A stretch of 64,000 nucleotides of DNA from Candidatus Micrarchaeota archaeon (GTDB lineage Archaea; Micrarchaeota; Micrarchaeia; Micrarchaeales; CABMGC01), in NCBI GenBank assembly GCA_027365725.1, contig DAHXMA010000025.1, positions 26,611 through 90,610 on the forward strand. Reading direction: 5' to 3'. Of the stretch, positions 27,836-36,278 are shown in pieces. Position 1 is the stretch's first letter; every line of letters begins with the position of its first letter. Made by a program: the position numbers and the translations under genes. The notes beneath the pieces were generated by a model. That model searched no databases. It was not told the origin of the DNA and saw only the letters and a list, made by a program, of their open reading frames with translations.

Positions 27836-29008
27836 ATGGGCCTATACGCTGCTTTGCAGAGAACACTTAAAAAATCACGCAGCAATCCTTTAACAATGGA
27901 AAATTCAAGCCATCGGCCGCATCGCAAGGAGCTTAGCACATACGAAAAATATGGGGACCTAAGCCGGATATTAAGGGACAGGGCATCAGTATTGGGGCAG
28001 GATCTAAGGGCAAGCGGCTCAAGCAGGATTACTGAAATCGAAGAAGAGAGCAAAATGGCCTCCCACTTTCGCATATATCGCCGCACTATACTAGATTTCC
28101 CAGTAAAAGACATACGCAGTCTAGTAAGCCTTTATAGGATAAATCTGGAGCCTTCCCCTCAAAATGTGCATGTAATCTGGGTGTTTAGCGACTACGGAAA
28201 ATATATCAAAAACCACATTGACTATCTTGAAGAAGCAGGATTGCTTAAAAATGACGATAGCAGCGTTTTCGGCAAAGTTCCGGATTATGTGCTTAAGAAG
28301 ATAATCAACGACCCTCTTATATATAAGAAGATTAACGAAGCGCTAGTAGAAGCTTATGCCGAAGCCTTAAGCTTCTACAATTGGAAGCATCAGCCGCGTG
28401 GGATTGTAGTAAGCACCATGCCACGCGGGGTCATTGCAATGGTAAGCCCATATAATTTTGCAGACTACGGGAACGACGGACTTGGAGTTGTGATCAATTT
28501 CCCCGCTGTGCTAAAACTTTTCATGGGGAGCCAGATGGACAACACTTCGGCTCTGCGCGAGAATATTTCGCCTATATTCGTCCACGAAATAGCGCATATG
28601 CATAACCACGCCGGCCGTGACGGAGAGGCAATTCCTATATGCGCAGAGCTAATGCTTGCGCCCGGAAATGCAAATGATATAAACTTGCTTCTGAAATTCG
28701 TAGACAGCATACGCAATATAGTTACAGGTAACAAACGCTTGGAGTCATATCCGTATGAGCGTGACGTATATGTCGGAGTCATATTGGCAATGGACATGTA
28801 TGCCAAAGTAAACCCGAAGATTAAATCAATTTTCAATTCGGATAGCTCAAAATACAAATTGAATTCGATAGCCAGGGCACTGCGCGTAATTACAAAAGAA
28901 GATGAGTTCAAGGCAAAAGAAATGGGGCTCGTAGATAAATTGCTGTCGCTGTCAACTGCGCAGGTTAAGGAAGAGTTTGAGAAGGCCGCAATACTGCACA
29001 GGAGATAG
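27836..29008 (+). CDS. hypothetical protein with HExxH motif (putative zinc metallopeptidase)
   Basis: 390-aa ORF. The only recognisable element is FVHEIAHMHNH followed by ICAELM. The start is uncertain. It is divergent from the ankyrin gene. Confidence 0.5.
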   Translation: MGLYAALQRTLKKSRSNPLTMENSSHRPHRKELSTYEKYGDLSRILRDRASVLGQDLRASGSSRITEIEEESKMASHFRIYRRTILDFPVKDIRSLVSLYRINLEPSPQNVHVIWVFSDYGKYIKNHIDYLEEAGLLKNDDSSVFGKVPDYVLKKIINDPLIYKKINEALVEAYAEALSFYNWKHQPRGIVVSTMPRGVIAMVSPYNFADYGNDGLGVVINFPAVLKLFMGSQMDNTSALRENISPIFVHEIAHMHNHAGRDGEAIPICAELMLAPGNANDINLLLKFVDSIRNIVTGNKRLESYPYERDVYVGVILAMDMYAKVNPKIKSIFNSDSSKYKLNSIARALRVITKEDEFKAKEMGLVDKLLSLSTAQVKEEFEKAAILHRR

Positions 29009-29019
29009 CACTTTGACTG

Positions 29020-29679
29020 TCAGGACTTTATCGCATCGGCATTCTTCAGCCCGCTAAGGCTTGCAAGCGCGTTGTACGTAGCCATTGCCATATTGTACTT
29101 ATCCCTTGTCCTGCCTTTGGAGAAGGTCCACATGTCCTTCACTCCGGCCAGTTCCAGGACCGACCTTACTGTAGCGCTAGCAGCTATCCCTACCCCTCTT
29201 GGTGCAGGTTTTAATATGATCTCTGCGCTTCCGCACTTTGCCCTTGCAATTATCGGTATGCTGTGCCTTGTGCCGCAGTTGCATTCCCACGAGCCGCAGG
29301 CAAGCCCAACTGAAACCATATGCCTCTTTGCATCGCGTATGCCTGTTTGTATTGCCGGTTTGGCTTCTACATCCTTTCCCACTCCCATTCCTACATGGCC
29401 GTTTCTGTCCCCCATTATTACAGTAGCCCTGTATTTCTGCTTCCTGTTGTTTTTTGTCATCCTTTGAACTGAAGCTATCTCTATAACATTGTCCTCAAGC
29501 TCCGGCAGAAGGGCATCTATTATCTCTACTTCCTTTATGGGTTTGCCCATTGCAAAGACCTGTTCTATGCTTGTGACCTCGCCATTCTTAACCATGGCAC
29601 CTATCTTTGTACGCGGCTTCCACTCTGCCAGATTGGATCTGTGGTCCTCTTCATTCCTCTGTGCTTTATAATATGCCAA
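29020..29679 (-). CDS. rps5p: 30S ribosomal protein S5 (uS5)
   Basis: SVQRMTKNNRKQKYRATVIMGDRNGHVGMGVGK and GSWECNCGTRHSIP...KPAPRGVGI are typical uS5 blocks. Confidence 0.93.
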   Translation of the reverse strand: MAYYKAQRNEEDHRSNLAEWKPRTKIGAMVKNGEVTSIEQVFAMGKPIKEVEIIDALLPELEDNVIEIASVQRMTKNNRKQKYRATVIMGDRNGHVGMGVGKDVEAKPAIQTGIRDAKRHMVSVGLACGSWECNCGTRHSIPIIARAKCGSAEIILKPAPRGVGIAASATVRSVLELAGVKDMWTFSKGRTRDKYNMAMATYNALASLSGLKNADAIKS

Positions 29680-30264
29680 TTAATCACTCGATAGCGTTGC
29701 TCCTTTCAATATGTTTGACTTTGCCTCTTCAAAGGACTTTTTAAGTCCACCTATGTCTTTATACGAAGAGTAATGGTTCTTGTACTTTGCCGCATCCTTT
29801 GCCTTCATCTTAGATATATACTCAGTGTTAGAACAATTGTAAACCTTCTCATCAATGCTTATGCTGTTGCGTATCTTAAGCCCTCCATCTTCGCATCCTT
29901 TCGCGAAGACAAACGGCACAGATAGCCTTACCGGCGATGAAAGCCCTATGTCGAGTATATGTTCATTTGATGCCTCCTTTCCCGCCTTTCTTGAAAGAAG
30001 TAGCCCTGTCAGGTATGCTGTGGGCCTGTTGCTATGGCTTGGCCATCCAAGTTTTTCCAGCTCAAAAGAGTCGGCGTGCGCAATTACAATATCTCCCTTT
30101 GGGGAATACCTGATAACCTGGCCTATTATGCGCCTGTTGCTTCTCCTTACAACTACTCTATCAATTCCTCCCTTAACAAGCGCCAGCCTCTTCTTGTAGT
30201 CCGTAATTGACTTTGCCCTTCTCCTGAACTTAATATCTTTTATAGCGCTCTTCATAATGGTCAC
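29680..30264 (-). CDS. rpl18p: 50S ribosomal protein L18 (uL18)
   Basis: RRRAKSITDYKKRLALV...VVRRSNRRIIGQVI...NRPTAYLTGLLL..DIGL. Position between L19e and S5. Confidence 0.9.
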   Translation of the reverse strand: MTIMKSAIKDIKFRRRAKSITDYKKRLALVKGGIDRVVVRRSNRRIIGQVIRYSPKGDIVIAHADSFELEKLGWPSHSNRPTAYLTGLLLSRKAGKEASNEHILDIGLSSPVRLSVPFVFAKGCEDGGLKIRNSISIDEKVYNCSNTEYISKMKAKDAAKYKNHYSSYKDIGGLKKSFEEAKSNILKGATLSSD

Positions 30265-30752
30265 TCGTATTCCTTACGTATCTTTTCGTTTATGGCTTTA
30301 ATTTCTTCATCCGTTACTTCAATACCAATCTCACGCAGGTGGAGTATCATATTGGCCTTTGTTGCATATTCGTTGCCCTTTGTATGCCTGTAAAAACTCT
30401 GGAAAGTCTTTGAATCTATCTTTCCCATTCCTCTGAGTTCCGATAGCAGCCTGCGCTGGGACCTTATCTTCTTTTCCCAGGTTCTTCCGGACCTTGCGTT
30501 TGCAGTCCCTCTGCGCCTGCCCGGACCTCTGCGCCTGCCTTCTTGCCTTGCAAGCTTAAGCATCTTGGACCTCGAGCTTGCGTTGTGCTTTTCCTTTGTT
30601 GCATATATGCTGCCCTTCTCTATCAGCTTGCGCACATCGTCTCGGGTGAGCGCTTTCTCTGCGTCTGCCACAGAGCCTGGCATTATCCTTATGGCGGTCT
30701 TGCCCCTGTTCAGAATCTGCGCCGCAGCGCGTTTTGCAAATGCAACTCCCAT
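30261..30752 (-). CDS. rpl19e: 50S ribosomal protein L19e
   Basis: KRAAAQILNRGKTAIRI..., LTRDDVRKLIEKGSI and RRRGPGRRRGTANAR. It overlaps the L18 start by 4 nt. Confidence 0.9.
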   Translation of the reverse strand: MGVAFAKRAAAQILNRGKTAIRIMPGSVADAEKALTRDDVRKLIEKGSIYATKEKHNASSRSKMLKLARQEGRRRGPGRRRGTANARSGRTWEKKIRSQRRLLSELRGMGKIDSKTFQSFYRHTKGNEYATKANMILHLREIGIEVTDEEIKAINEKIRKEYE

Positions 30753-30759
30753 AAAATCA

Positions 30760-31110
30760 TCAATTTAATATCCTTATTCCCTTGCTCTGCGCAAGCTTTG
30801 AAAGTTCAGCTCTTTTCCTAGAAGAGATGTCGTGCGAAAACCTTGCGCCATATCCTGGCATGCCCATAACCGCAAGCAATTCAGATCTGTTATGAACAAG
30901 CATCTCAAATGAGCCGTCCTGCCTGGAATACCTAAGCACGTCGCTGTTTTTGTATCCTATCTTTGGCACTGGTCCTCTGTTCTTTTTCTTAACTCTGCGC
31001 TTGTTGTCTATTCCGCGCTGATGCCTCCATCTGGCCTTGACTCTCTTCCTATTCGGTGCACCAAAGTTCGGAACCCTAAATTTAGGTCTTTCCCTTTTTT
31101 CCATAATCAT
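30760..31110 (-). CDS. rpl32e: 50S ribosomal protein L32e
   Basis: RWRHQRGIDNKRR...PKIGYKNSDVLRYSRQDGSFEMLVHN. Confidence 0.9.
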   Translation of the reverse strand: MIMEKRERPKFRVPNFGAPNRKRVKARWRHQRGIDNKRRVKKKNRGPVPKIGYKNSDVLRYSRQDGSFEMLVHNRSELLAVMGMPGYGARFSHDISSRKRAELSKLAQSKGIRILN

Positions 31111-31631
31111 TCCTCAAGGTTTACATAAAGCCCGTCCTGAAACACACGCGTATCGTATCCACGTGCGTAGCAGCCCTTACGTATGTTTGCGATTGTCTGA
31201 CCTACCTCATACTTGTCCACTCCCTTCACAGTTACGTCCTGCCCCTTTACTTCAACCTTTGTGCTTCCAACTATGTCTATTTCCCTAGGAACTTTCTCTC
31301 CGAAGAGGTTCTTAAGTAAAACTTTGTTGTTACGTATCTCTATTGACATAGGGAAATGTGCGAAAAGCACCTTCATCTTCACTTCAATACCTTCCTGTAC
31401 GCTTTTTACTGCGTCAGATATCTCTGTCTTAAGCGCAGTAGATGCAAATGACGATTTCTTGACCAGGCTCTTTACCTTAACTCCGTCAACAATTATCTTG
31501 TTTCCCTCAACTTTTACTGCAACGAACTTTGTATTGGCGCGCTTTATCACAGAGCCAAGCTTGCCTTTTATTATAACATTTTCTCCATCTACAGAAACGT
31601 TAACTCCGCTTGGTATCTCAATCTCGTACAT
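31107..31631 (-). CDS. rpl6p: 50S ribosomal protein L6 (uL6)
   Basis: IEIPSGVNVSVDGENVIIKGKLG..., a two-domain repeat, and conserved operon position. Confidence 0.9.
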   Translation of the reverse strand: MYEIEIPSGVNVSVDGENVIIKGKLGSVIKRANTKFVAVKVEGNKIIVDGVKVKSLVKKSSFASTALKTEISDAVKSVQEGIEVKMKVLFAHFPMSIEIRNNKVLLKNLFGEKVPREIDIVGSTKVEVKGQDVTVKGVDKYEVGQTIANIRKGCYARGYDTRVFQDGLYVNLEE

Positions 31632-31640
31632 CCAAAACCA

Positions 31641-32033
31641 CTAATACACGTATGCTATCAGTCTTCCTCCCGTATTCTTCTGCTTTGCTTCCTTGTTTGT
31701 CATTATCCCCTGCGGGGTTGATACTATCAGTATGCCGAAGTCCTTGCTCGGAATATACCTCATCTCGTATTTCTGCAGCTCCCTAGCAGATACCGGGTAC
31801 CTTGGTTTTATCACTCCGATGTCATTTATCCTCTTTGAAAGAGTTATCTTTATCGTCTTGAATTTTCCCTCCTTTACCTCTTCGTATTTTGTTATGTAGT
31901 TGTTTGACTTCATAGTATCCAGCACTGCCCGCATGAGCCTGGTTGACTGGACGGTGCACTCATACATGCCTGCATTCTCATACACTTTTATCTTGTTTAT
32001 AGCATCAGCAAATACATCTACCATTGCAATCAC
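31641..32033 (-). CDS. rps8p: 30S ribosomal protein S8 (uS8)
   Basis: DVFADAINKIKVYENAG...VSTPQGIMTNKEAKQKNTGGRLIAYVY. GTG start overlaps the S14 stop (GTGA). Confidence 0.92.
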   Translation of the reverse strand: MIAMVDVFADAINKIKVYENAGMYECTVQSTRLMRAVLDTMKSNNYITKYEEVKEGKFKTIKITLSKRINDIGVIKPRYPVSARELQKYEMRYIPSKDFGILIVSTPQGIMTNKEAKQKNTGGRLIAYVY

Positions 32034-32188
32034 CCATATTTATCAAAGCCTATGTGCGGGCCCACTTCCCTGAAGCATCTCCTGCAAAGCACGAGCCTGT
32101 ACGACCTTATAAGCGCACGCGAAGATCCGCAAATCTTGCACTTGCGCTTTCCCCTGCCCTTGAAACGAGAGTCGTAGTTAATTTTCAT
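32030..32188 (-). CDS. rps14p: 30S ribosomal protein S14 type Z (uS14, zinc-binding)
   Basis: Hand-translated 52-aa ORF missing from the track: MKINYDSRFKGRGKRKCKICGSSRALIRSYRLVLCRRCFREVGPHIGFDKYG*. It has CxxC...CxxC and sits in the canonical position between L5 and S8. Confidence 0.9.
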   Translation of the reverse strand: MKINYDSRFKGRGKRKCKICGSSRALIRSYRLVLCRRCFREVGPHIGFDKYG

Positions 32189-32195
32189 GCCATCA

Positions 32196-32717
32196 TCACT
32201 CTTGCCCTACCTTTGCATTGAAATTCTTTTCAAGGTAGGCCTTTATGCTATCGTCAGGTATTCTCTTATGCTTTATCCCCATTTTAGACCTCTTCCTTTT
32301 CCTGTTTTCCACACGCCTTCCCTTCCTTGTGAACGATGCATTCACGTTAAGCCCCAGCATGCCTATCTTCGGGTCGTATTTTACTCCTGAAAAGTATATG
32401 TACTCTTTCACTCCGAAGCTCAGGGAGTTGTTCGATATAGCCGAGCTACCGATTGCGCCGTCGTTTGCTTCAAGCGCCTTCATCAGCATCTTCGTTGCAT
32501 CCTCGTTCCTTAGCGTTACCATAGCGCCTATCGTCTGCCCCTTCCTTATCTTAAGTTCAGGCACCCTCCTCTTAGATACGGTCTTTACCGGCTTGCATCC
32601 GGAAAGCTTCTCAAGCAGCATCTTAGCATTCTGAAAAAGGTCCTCGTTAGATCCTATCCCTATGTTTAGCACTACTTTATCTATGTATATGGATTCCATA
32701 AGGTTAGCTCCAGGCAT
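32196..32717 (-). CDS. rpl5p: 50S ribosomal protein L5 (uL5)
   Basis: IDKVVLNIGIGS..., VTLRNEDA and GVKEYIYFSGVKYDPKIGMLGLNV. Confidence 0.92.
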   Translation of the reverse strand: MPGANLMESIYIDKVVLNIGIGSNEDLFQNAKMLLEKLSGCKPVKTVSKRRVPELKIRKGQTIGAMVTLRNEDATKMLMKALEANDGAIGSSAISNNSLSFGVKEYIYFSGVKYDPKIGMLGLNVNASFTRKGRRVENRKRKRSKMGIKHKRIPDDSIKAYLEKNFNAKVGQE

Positions 32718-32719
32718 AA

Positions 32720-33400
32720 TCAGTCACCTATTACCATTACATTGTCAAGCAGCGTTTCCGCGGTTCCGCTCTTGCCCTTTATCTCCACCGTAGCGTCCCT
32801 GAGTGCGGTCCCAGGTTTTATTGCGCTTATCGTTCCCGTATCTGAGGCATGCACTCCCTTAACTATAAGGCATTTTGCCCCGGCCTCGAGCTTTATAACC
32901 TTATCAACCTTCCCATTCCCTATGACCACCGAATCGTTTACGTGCACGTTTCCAGGCGACTGCATTACTACGCCATTGTACAGTCTTATCATTTCCTTAT
33001 TGCCCTTTGAAATGTACTTTCCCACGACCTTCAATACCTGCTTCGATTCGGAGCCTCTTTTATCTATGCTCATCATTCCGCGGTTCCCCACGCTTATTAA
33101 GTAAGTCTCATTTCCGCTCTTCGGCTTTATAACGTCCCCAAATCCTACAGGGAACCGCTCGTCCTTTATAACCTTGCCGTTTACCTCTACGTTGCCCCTA
33201 CGTATGACATTGCGCGCTTCCTTGCTGCTGCCAACCATGCCAAGCTTTTCCTTTAGCACAGTTGATAGAGCTATGCTGGTTGCGCGCGTATGCCTTCCGG
33301 CATTTGGCTTGATTATGTATGCATCTACCTTTTTAGCAACATGCATATATCTCGGCGAAGCCAGCCTTTTAATGTGTCTATTGTTTCCTTTGTTGCCCAT
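32720..33400 (-). CDS. rps4e: 30S ribosomal protein S4e
   Basis: MGNKGNNRHIKRLASPRYMHVAKK..., with an S4/KOW-like core. The track ORF extends to 33427, but ATG 33400 fits the family N-terminus and avoids overlap with L24. Confidence 0.9.
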   Translation of the reverse strand: MGNKGNNRHIKRLASPRYMHVAKKVDAYIIKPNAGRHTRATSIALSTVLKEKLGMVGSSKEARNVIRRGNVEVNGKVIKDERFPVGFGDVIKPKSGNETYLISVGNRGMMSIDKRGSESKQVLKVVGKYISKGNKEMIRLYNGVVMQSPGNVHVNDSVVIGNGKVDKVIKLEAGAKCLIVKGVHASDTGTISAIKPGTALRDATVEIKGKSGTAETLLDNVMVIGD

Positions 33401-33404
33401 CCAA

Positions 33405-33788
33405 TCACTTCGAGATCCTTGCCGCATCCACCTTGGCCTTCCTCAGCTTGTCGGAGAGGTCGAGATCCGTTATGTACACGCTAGATGCGCTTATAGGTAT
33501 TGCAAGTTCCTTGCCCTTGGCGTTTTTCTTTACTATTCCATCTACTGCTATTGTGCCCCTGCCCAGGTCCACAGACAGAACCTTTCCCGAAGCCCCTTTC
33601 CTAGATCCTGCCATAACCTTAACCGTATCGCCTTTGCGCACCTCAATGCTCCTTCTGCGTATGCCAAGCTTGGAAATCAGCTCCTTAGCAATGTGCGCAT
33701 TTACAAAATTCTGCCTTATGTGCATTGGCGCATTATATCTAAACTTCCTCTGTTTCCTAGGTTTCGAGCTTTTTATCATAATAATCAC
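33405..33788 (-). CDS. rpl24p: 50S ribosomal protein L24 (uL24)
   Basis: SSKPRKQRKFRYNAPMHIRQ...KGDTVKVMAGSRKGASGKV (KOW motif). GTG start overlaps the L14 stop. Alternative ATG at 33779. Confidence 0.9.
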   Translation of the reverse strand: MIIMIKSSKPRKQRKFRYNAPMHIRQNFVNAHIAKELISKLGIRRRSIEVRKGDTVKVMAGSRKGASGKVLSVDLGRGTIAVDGIVKKNAKGKELAIPISASSVYITDLDLSDKLRKAKVDAARISK

Positions 33789-34186
33789 ACAATCCTCGAG
33801 GCAACCCCGGCAACCTTGACGAACCTTTCCACCACTTCCCTTGCCATAGCGCCTTTTACCTCTGTGCCTATCGGCAGGTTATCGTCCCCAAGCATTATTC
33901 CGGCGTTGTCCTCAAACCTGATCCTCATGCCGTTTGACCTGCGTATGGCAGCCCGCTGCCTTATGACGACCACCCTCACTGGCTTTTTTAGGTATGTCGC
34001 AGTGCCTTTCCTCACACTTGCAGAGATAAGGTCCCCTACGCCTGCAGCGCTCATCTTTCCGTGCCTGCCGTCAGTCTTCCCTATCACGTGTATCATCCTA
34101 AACTCATAAGCCCCGCTGTTGTCTGCGCAAGTAAGAGTTGCGCCAGGAACAAGCGTTTTAAGTATTCTTGAGGATACGCCTTTCAT
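33785..34186 (-). CDS. rpl14p: 50S ribosomal protein L14 (uL14)
   Basis: LTCADNSGAYEFRMIHV...VVIRQRAAIRRSNGMRIRFEDNAG. ATGA overlap with S17. Confidence 0.93.
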   Translation of the reverse strand: MKGVSSRILKTLVPGATLTCADNSGAYEFRMIHVIGKTDGRHGKMSAAGVGDLISASVRKGTATYLKKPVRVVVIRQRAAIRRSNGMRIRFEDNAGIMLGDDNLPIGTEVKGAMAREVVERFVKVAGVASRIV

Positions 34187-34479
34187 TCAATCCGCCCTTT
34201 TATAATTCCGGTAACGACAAACGACTTTGTCTTGCTCAGCCTTCTTGTCTCGGCTATTTTTACCAAGTCGTCCTGCTTTGCTGAGATGCATTCAGGATTA
34301 TGCGCAGGTATGCGCGATCTCTTCCTTAGAGACCTTTCATATTTGTATACGTACCTGTTGTAATTTACCTCAACAATCACGGTTTTCTTTGCCTTGTCGC
34401 TTACAACTAGCCCTTCTAGCTGCATTCCCCGGTATTTCTGCCCGCCATGCACGGGACATCTCGCGTCTGAACACTCCAA
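34183..34479 (-). CDS. rps17p: 30S ribosomal protein S17 (uS17)
   Basis: GLVVSDKAKKTVIVEVNYNRYVYKYERSLRKRSRIPAHNPECI..GD.V.I.ETRRLSKTKSF. Confidence 0.9.
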   Translation of the reverse strand: MECSDARCPVHGGQKYRGMQLEGLVVSDKAKKTVIVEVNYNRYVYKYERSLRKRSRIPAHNPECISAKQDDLVKIAETRRLSKTKSFVVTGIIKGRIE

Positions 34480-34481
34480 TT

Positions 34482-34775
34482 TTACACCTTCCTTGCCTTG
34501 TAGAACTTCATAGATTTCTCTATCCGTTCATGCGGCCTAAAGCCTATCTCCCTGCCTTTTACGTCGAAATGCGAAGAGCCGTGATAAAACCTAAATGAGG
34601 ACACGCGCTTAATCAGGCGCCTGCTTTCACCGCCGGTGTCAATCAGCAGCGTGTTCTTCGTCTCGTCAATCACAATTCCTGAAATGCCCTTCTGCTTTCT
34701 GTCCAGGGATCCTATTACCTTTGCCTTAAGCCCTATTAACTCATTAAGGACTATATTCCTGTTATTATAATCCAT
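34482..34775 (-). CDS. rnp1: RNase P protein component 1 (Rpp29/Pop4)
   Basis: LIGLKAKVIGSLDRKQKGISGIVIDETKNTLLIDT, and the canonical archaeal position upstream of S17. Confidence 0.8.
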   Translation of the reverse strand: MDYNNRNIVLNELIGLKAKVIGSLDRKQKGISGIVIDETKNTLLIDTGGESRRLIKRVSSFRFYHGSSHFDVKGREIGFRPHERIEKSMKFYKARKV

Positions 34776-34798
34776 GAATTAATCCATAGGCAAAGAGC

Positions 34799-34806
34799 TT
34801 TATAAA
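34799..34806 (-). promoter_or_regulatory. TATA box (TTTATAAA) for the Rpp29-S17...S5 operon; probably a leaderless transcript
   Basis: Palindromic TTTATAAA lies 23 nt upstream of the Rpp29 ATG (34775). No purine-rich SD-like element lies between them. Confidence 0.45.
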
Positions 34807-34932
34807 TAAGTAGGTATTTAATCCTTTCTCACGCCCTGCCTCCGCTCTTTCAAGAGCAAAACTGCGCAGAGCATCCGCAAAAATGCCCAAAGCCGCTTCA
34901 GGCCCAAGGCGCGATCGCCTGGCCGATCACCC

Positions 34933-36168
34933 TCACATTATTTTTTTGTAAAGGCCTTCAAAGAACTGTTCGCATTCATCAAGCCTGCCTGCTTTCATAA
35001 CAACAAATTCGCCGTCTCCAACCCCAAGGACATCCTTTACATATTTGGACTCTTCAGATATCGCAGCGTGCGAATCTGTATACAGCCCGTATGAATCATT
35101 GTCGCTATATGCGCCTGCGACATTTTTTGCATGTTCCCCGCCAAGCTTTATCGCAAGGACGCGCCCCCCGTCTTTTATTGCAGCGCGTATTCCAACCTCG
35201 CCTGTCTCAGCGAATATCCCTGTAACATCAAATATTGCCATACGCCGTATATCGCCATTTTTGCTGCTAGCAATATATCTCCCTCCAACCCTGTCAAATC
35301 TCTGTATTATTATTCCAATGCCTGCGAGCAATGCTATTGCTATGTAATAGGGCTGTATTGCTTCCCCAAGGAATGCGGCTGCAAATAGAAATGTTATGAA
35401 CGGCGAAAAGAAGTATATGTTCGCAACTACCGTGGCTTTTACAGGCCGCAGGGCTATAAAGTACATGAAAAAGCTGAATACGTTGAAGAAAGCCCCAATG
35501 TAAAGCATTGAAATGATATGAGACGCATTAAACTGCGGGAAAGGCATGCCGTACAGCAAAGCAAGCACAGCAAATAGCACAAGCATGGTAACCGAAGAAA
35601 GCGCTATAACCGCGCCTATGTCAAATACATATTTCTTTATCAGTATCATCGAAAGCGCATATCCAAGTGCCATAAAAACAAGGAACACCATTATCCCAAT
35701 ATTGCTGTTCTGGAATATGCCTAGCAGGCTGCCTCCGCTTATCCCGATATATATGCCGGCGAACGCAAGCACAAGCGCAACAATCTGATACCTAGATAGC
35801 CGCTCCCTGAGCATTGGCGGAAGCAGAAGCAGCATCAGCAGCGGCGACATCCTGAATATCGCAGTTGCCAAGGAAGCGCTTATGAATTTTTCAGCATAAG
35901 CTATCCCAAATTCTATCGGCAAATAGCTTACTATGCCGGTGAAGCACACTATTGCAATCTTCCTGTAGTCTTTGAGTATGTCTGCAAGCTCGCCGGTCTT
36001 TTTGCGGTATGCCAGAAATGCAAGCGATACAGCAGAGGACACTGCGTACACTCCAAAGAAGAAATCATATATGTTCGTGGTTTTTGCCGCAGTAAGCAAT
36101 ATGGGAAGCAGCGCCCCTGACACCAGCGTTATTAGCAGAAGCGCATATGCCTTCTTTTTCATGTCCAT
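34933..36168 (-). CDS. EamA/DMT-family permease fused to an unassigned ~115-aa cytoplasmic C-terminal domain
   Basis: About ten hydrophobic helices in two similar halves (typical of EamA). The soluble tail is RYIASSKNGDIRRMAIFDVTG...VMKAGRLDECEQFFEGLYKKIM (nt ~34933-35285). Confidence 0.65.
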   Translation of the reverse strand: MDMKKKAYALLLITLVSGALLPILLTAAKTTNIYDFFFGVYAVSSAVSLAFLAYRKKTGELADILKDYRKIAIVCFTGIVSYLPIEFGIAYAEKFISASLATAIFRMSPLLMLLLLPPMLRERLSRYQIVALVLAFAGIYIGISGGSLLGIFQNSNIGIMVFLVFMALGYALSMILIKKYVFDIGAVIALSSVTMLVLFAVLALLYGMPFPQFNASHIISMLYIGAFFNVFSFFMYFIALRPVKATVVANIYFFSPFITFLFAAAFLGEAIQPYYIAIALLAGIGIIIQRFDRVGGRYIASSKNGDIRRMAIFDVTGIFAETGEVGIRAAIKDGGRVLAIKLGGEHAKNVAGAYSDNDSYGLYTDSHAAISEESKYVKDVLGVGDGEFVVMKAGRLDECEQFFEGLYKKIM

Positions 36169-36278
36169 GCTTCTAGATTTGCGATATCGATTTAAATACC
36201 TTACAAAAATCTACAATTTTTATATAATGCGCTGTTATTCTGCTACTATATTTAAATCTTCTCAGGCAATATGACAGC

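Noticed and set aside
33174-34109. 311-aa plus-strand ORF across the r-protein cluster.
   Set aside because: It is antisense to S4e, L24 and L14, all of which have strong family signatures. It is a shadow ORF spanning three genes.
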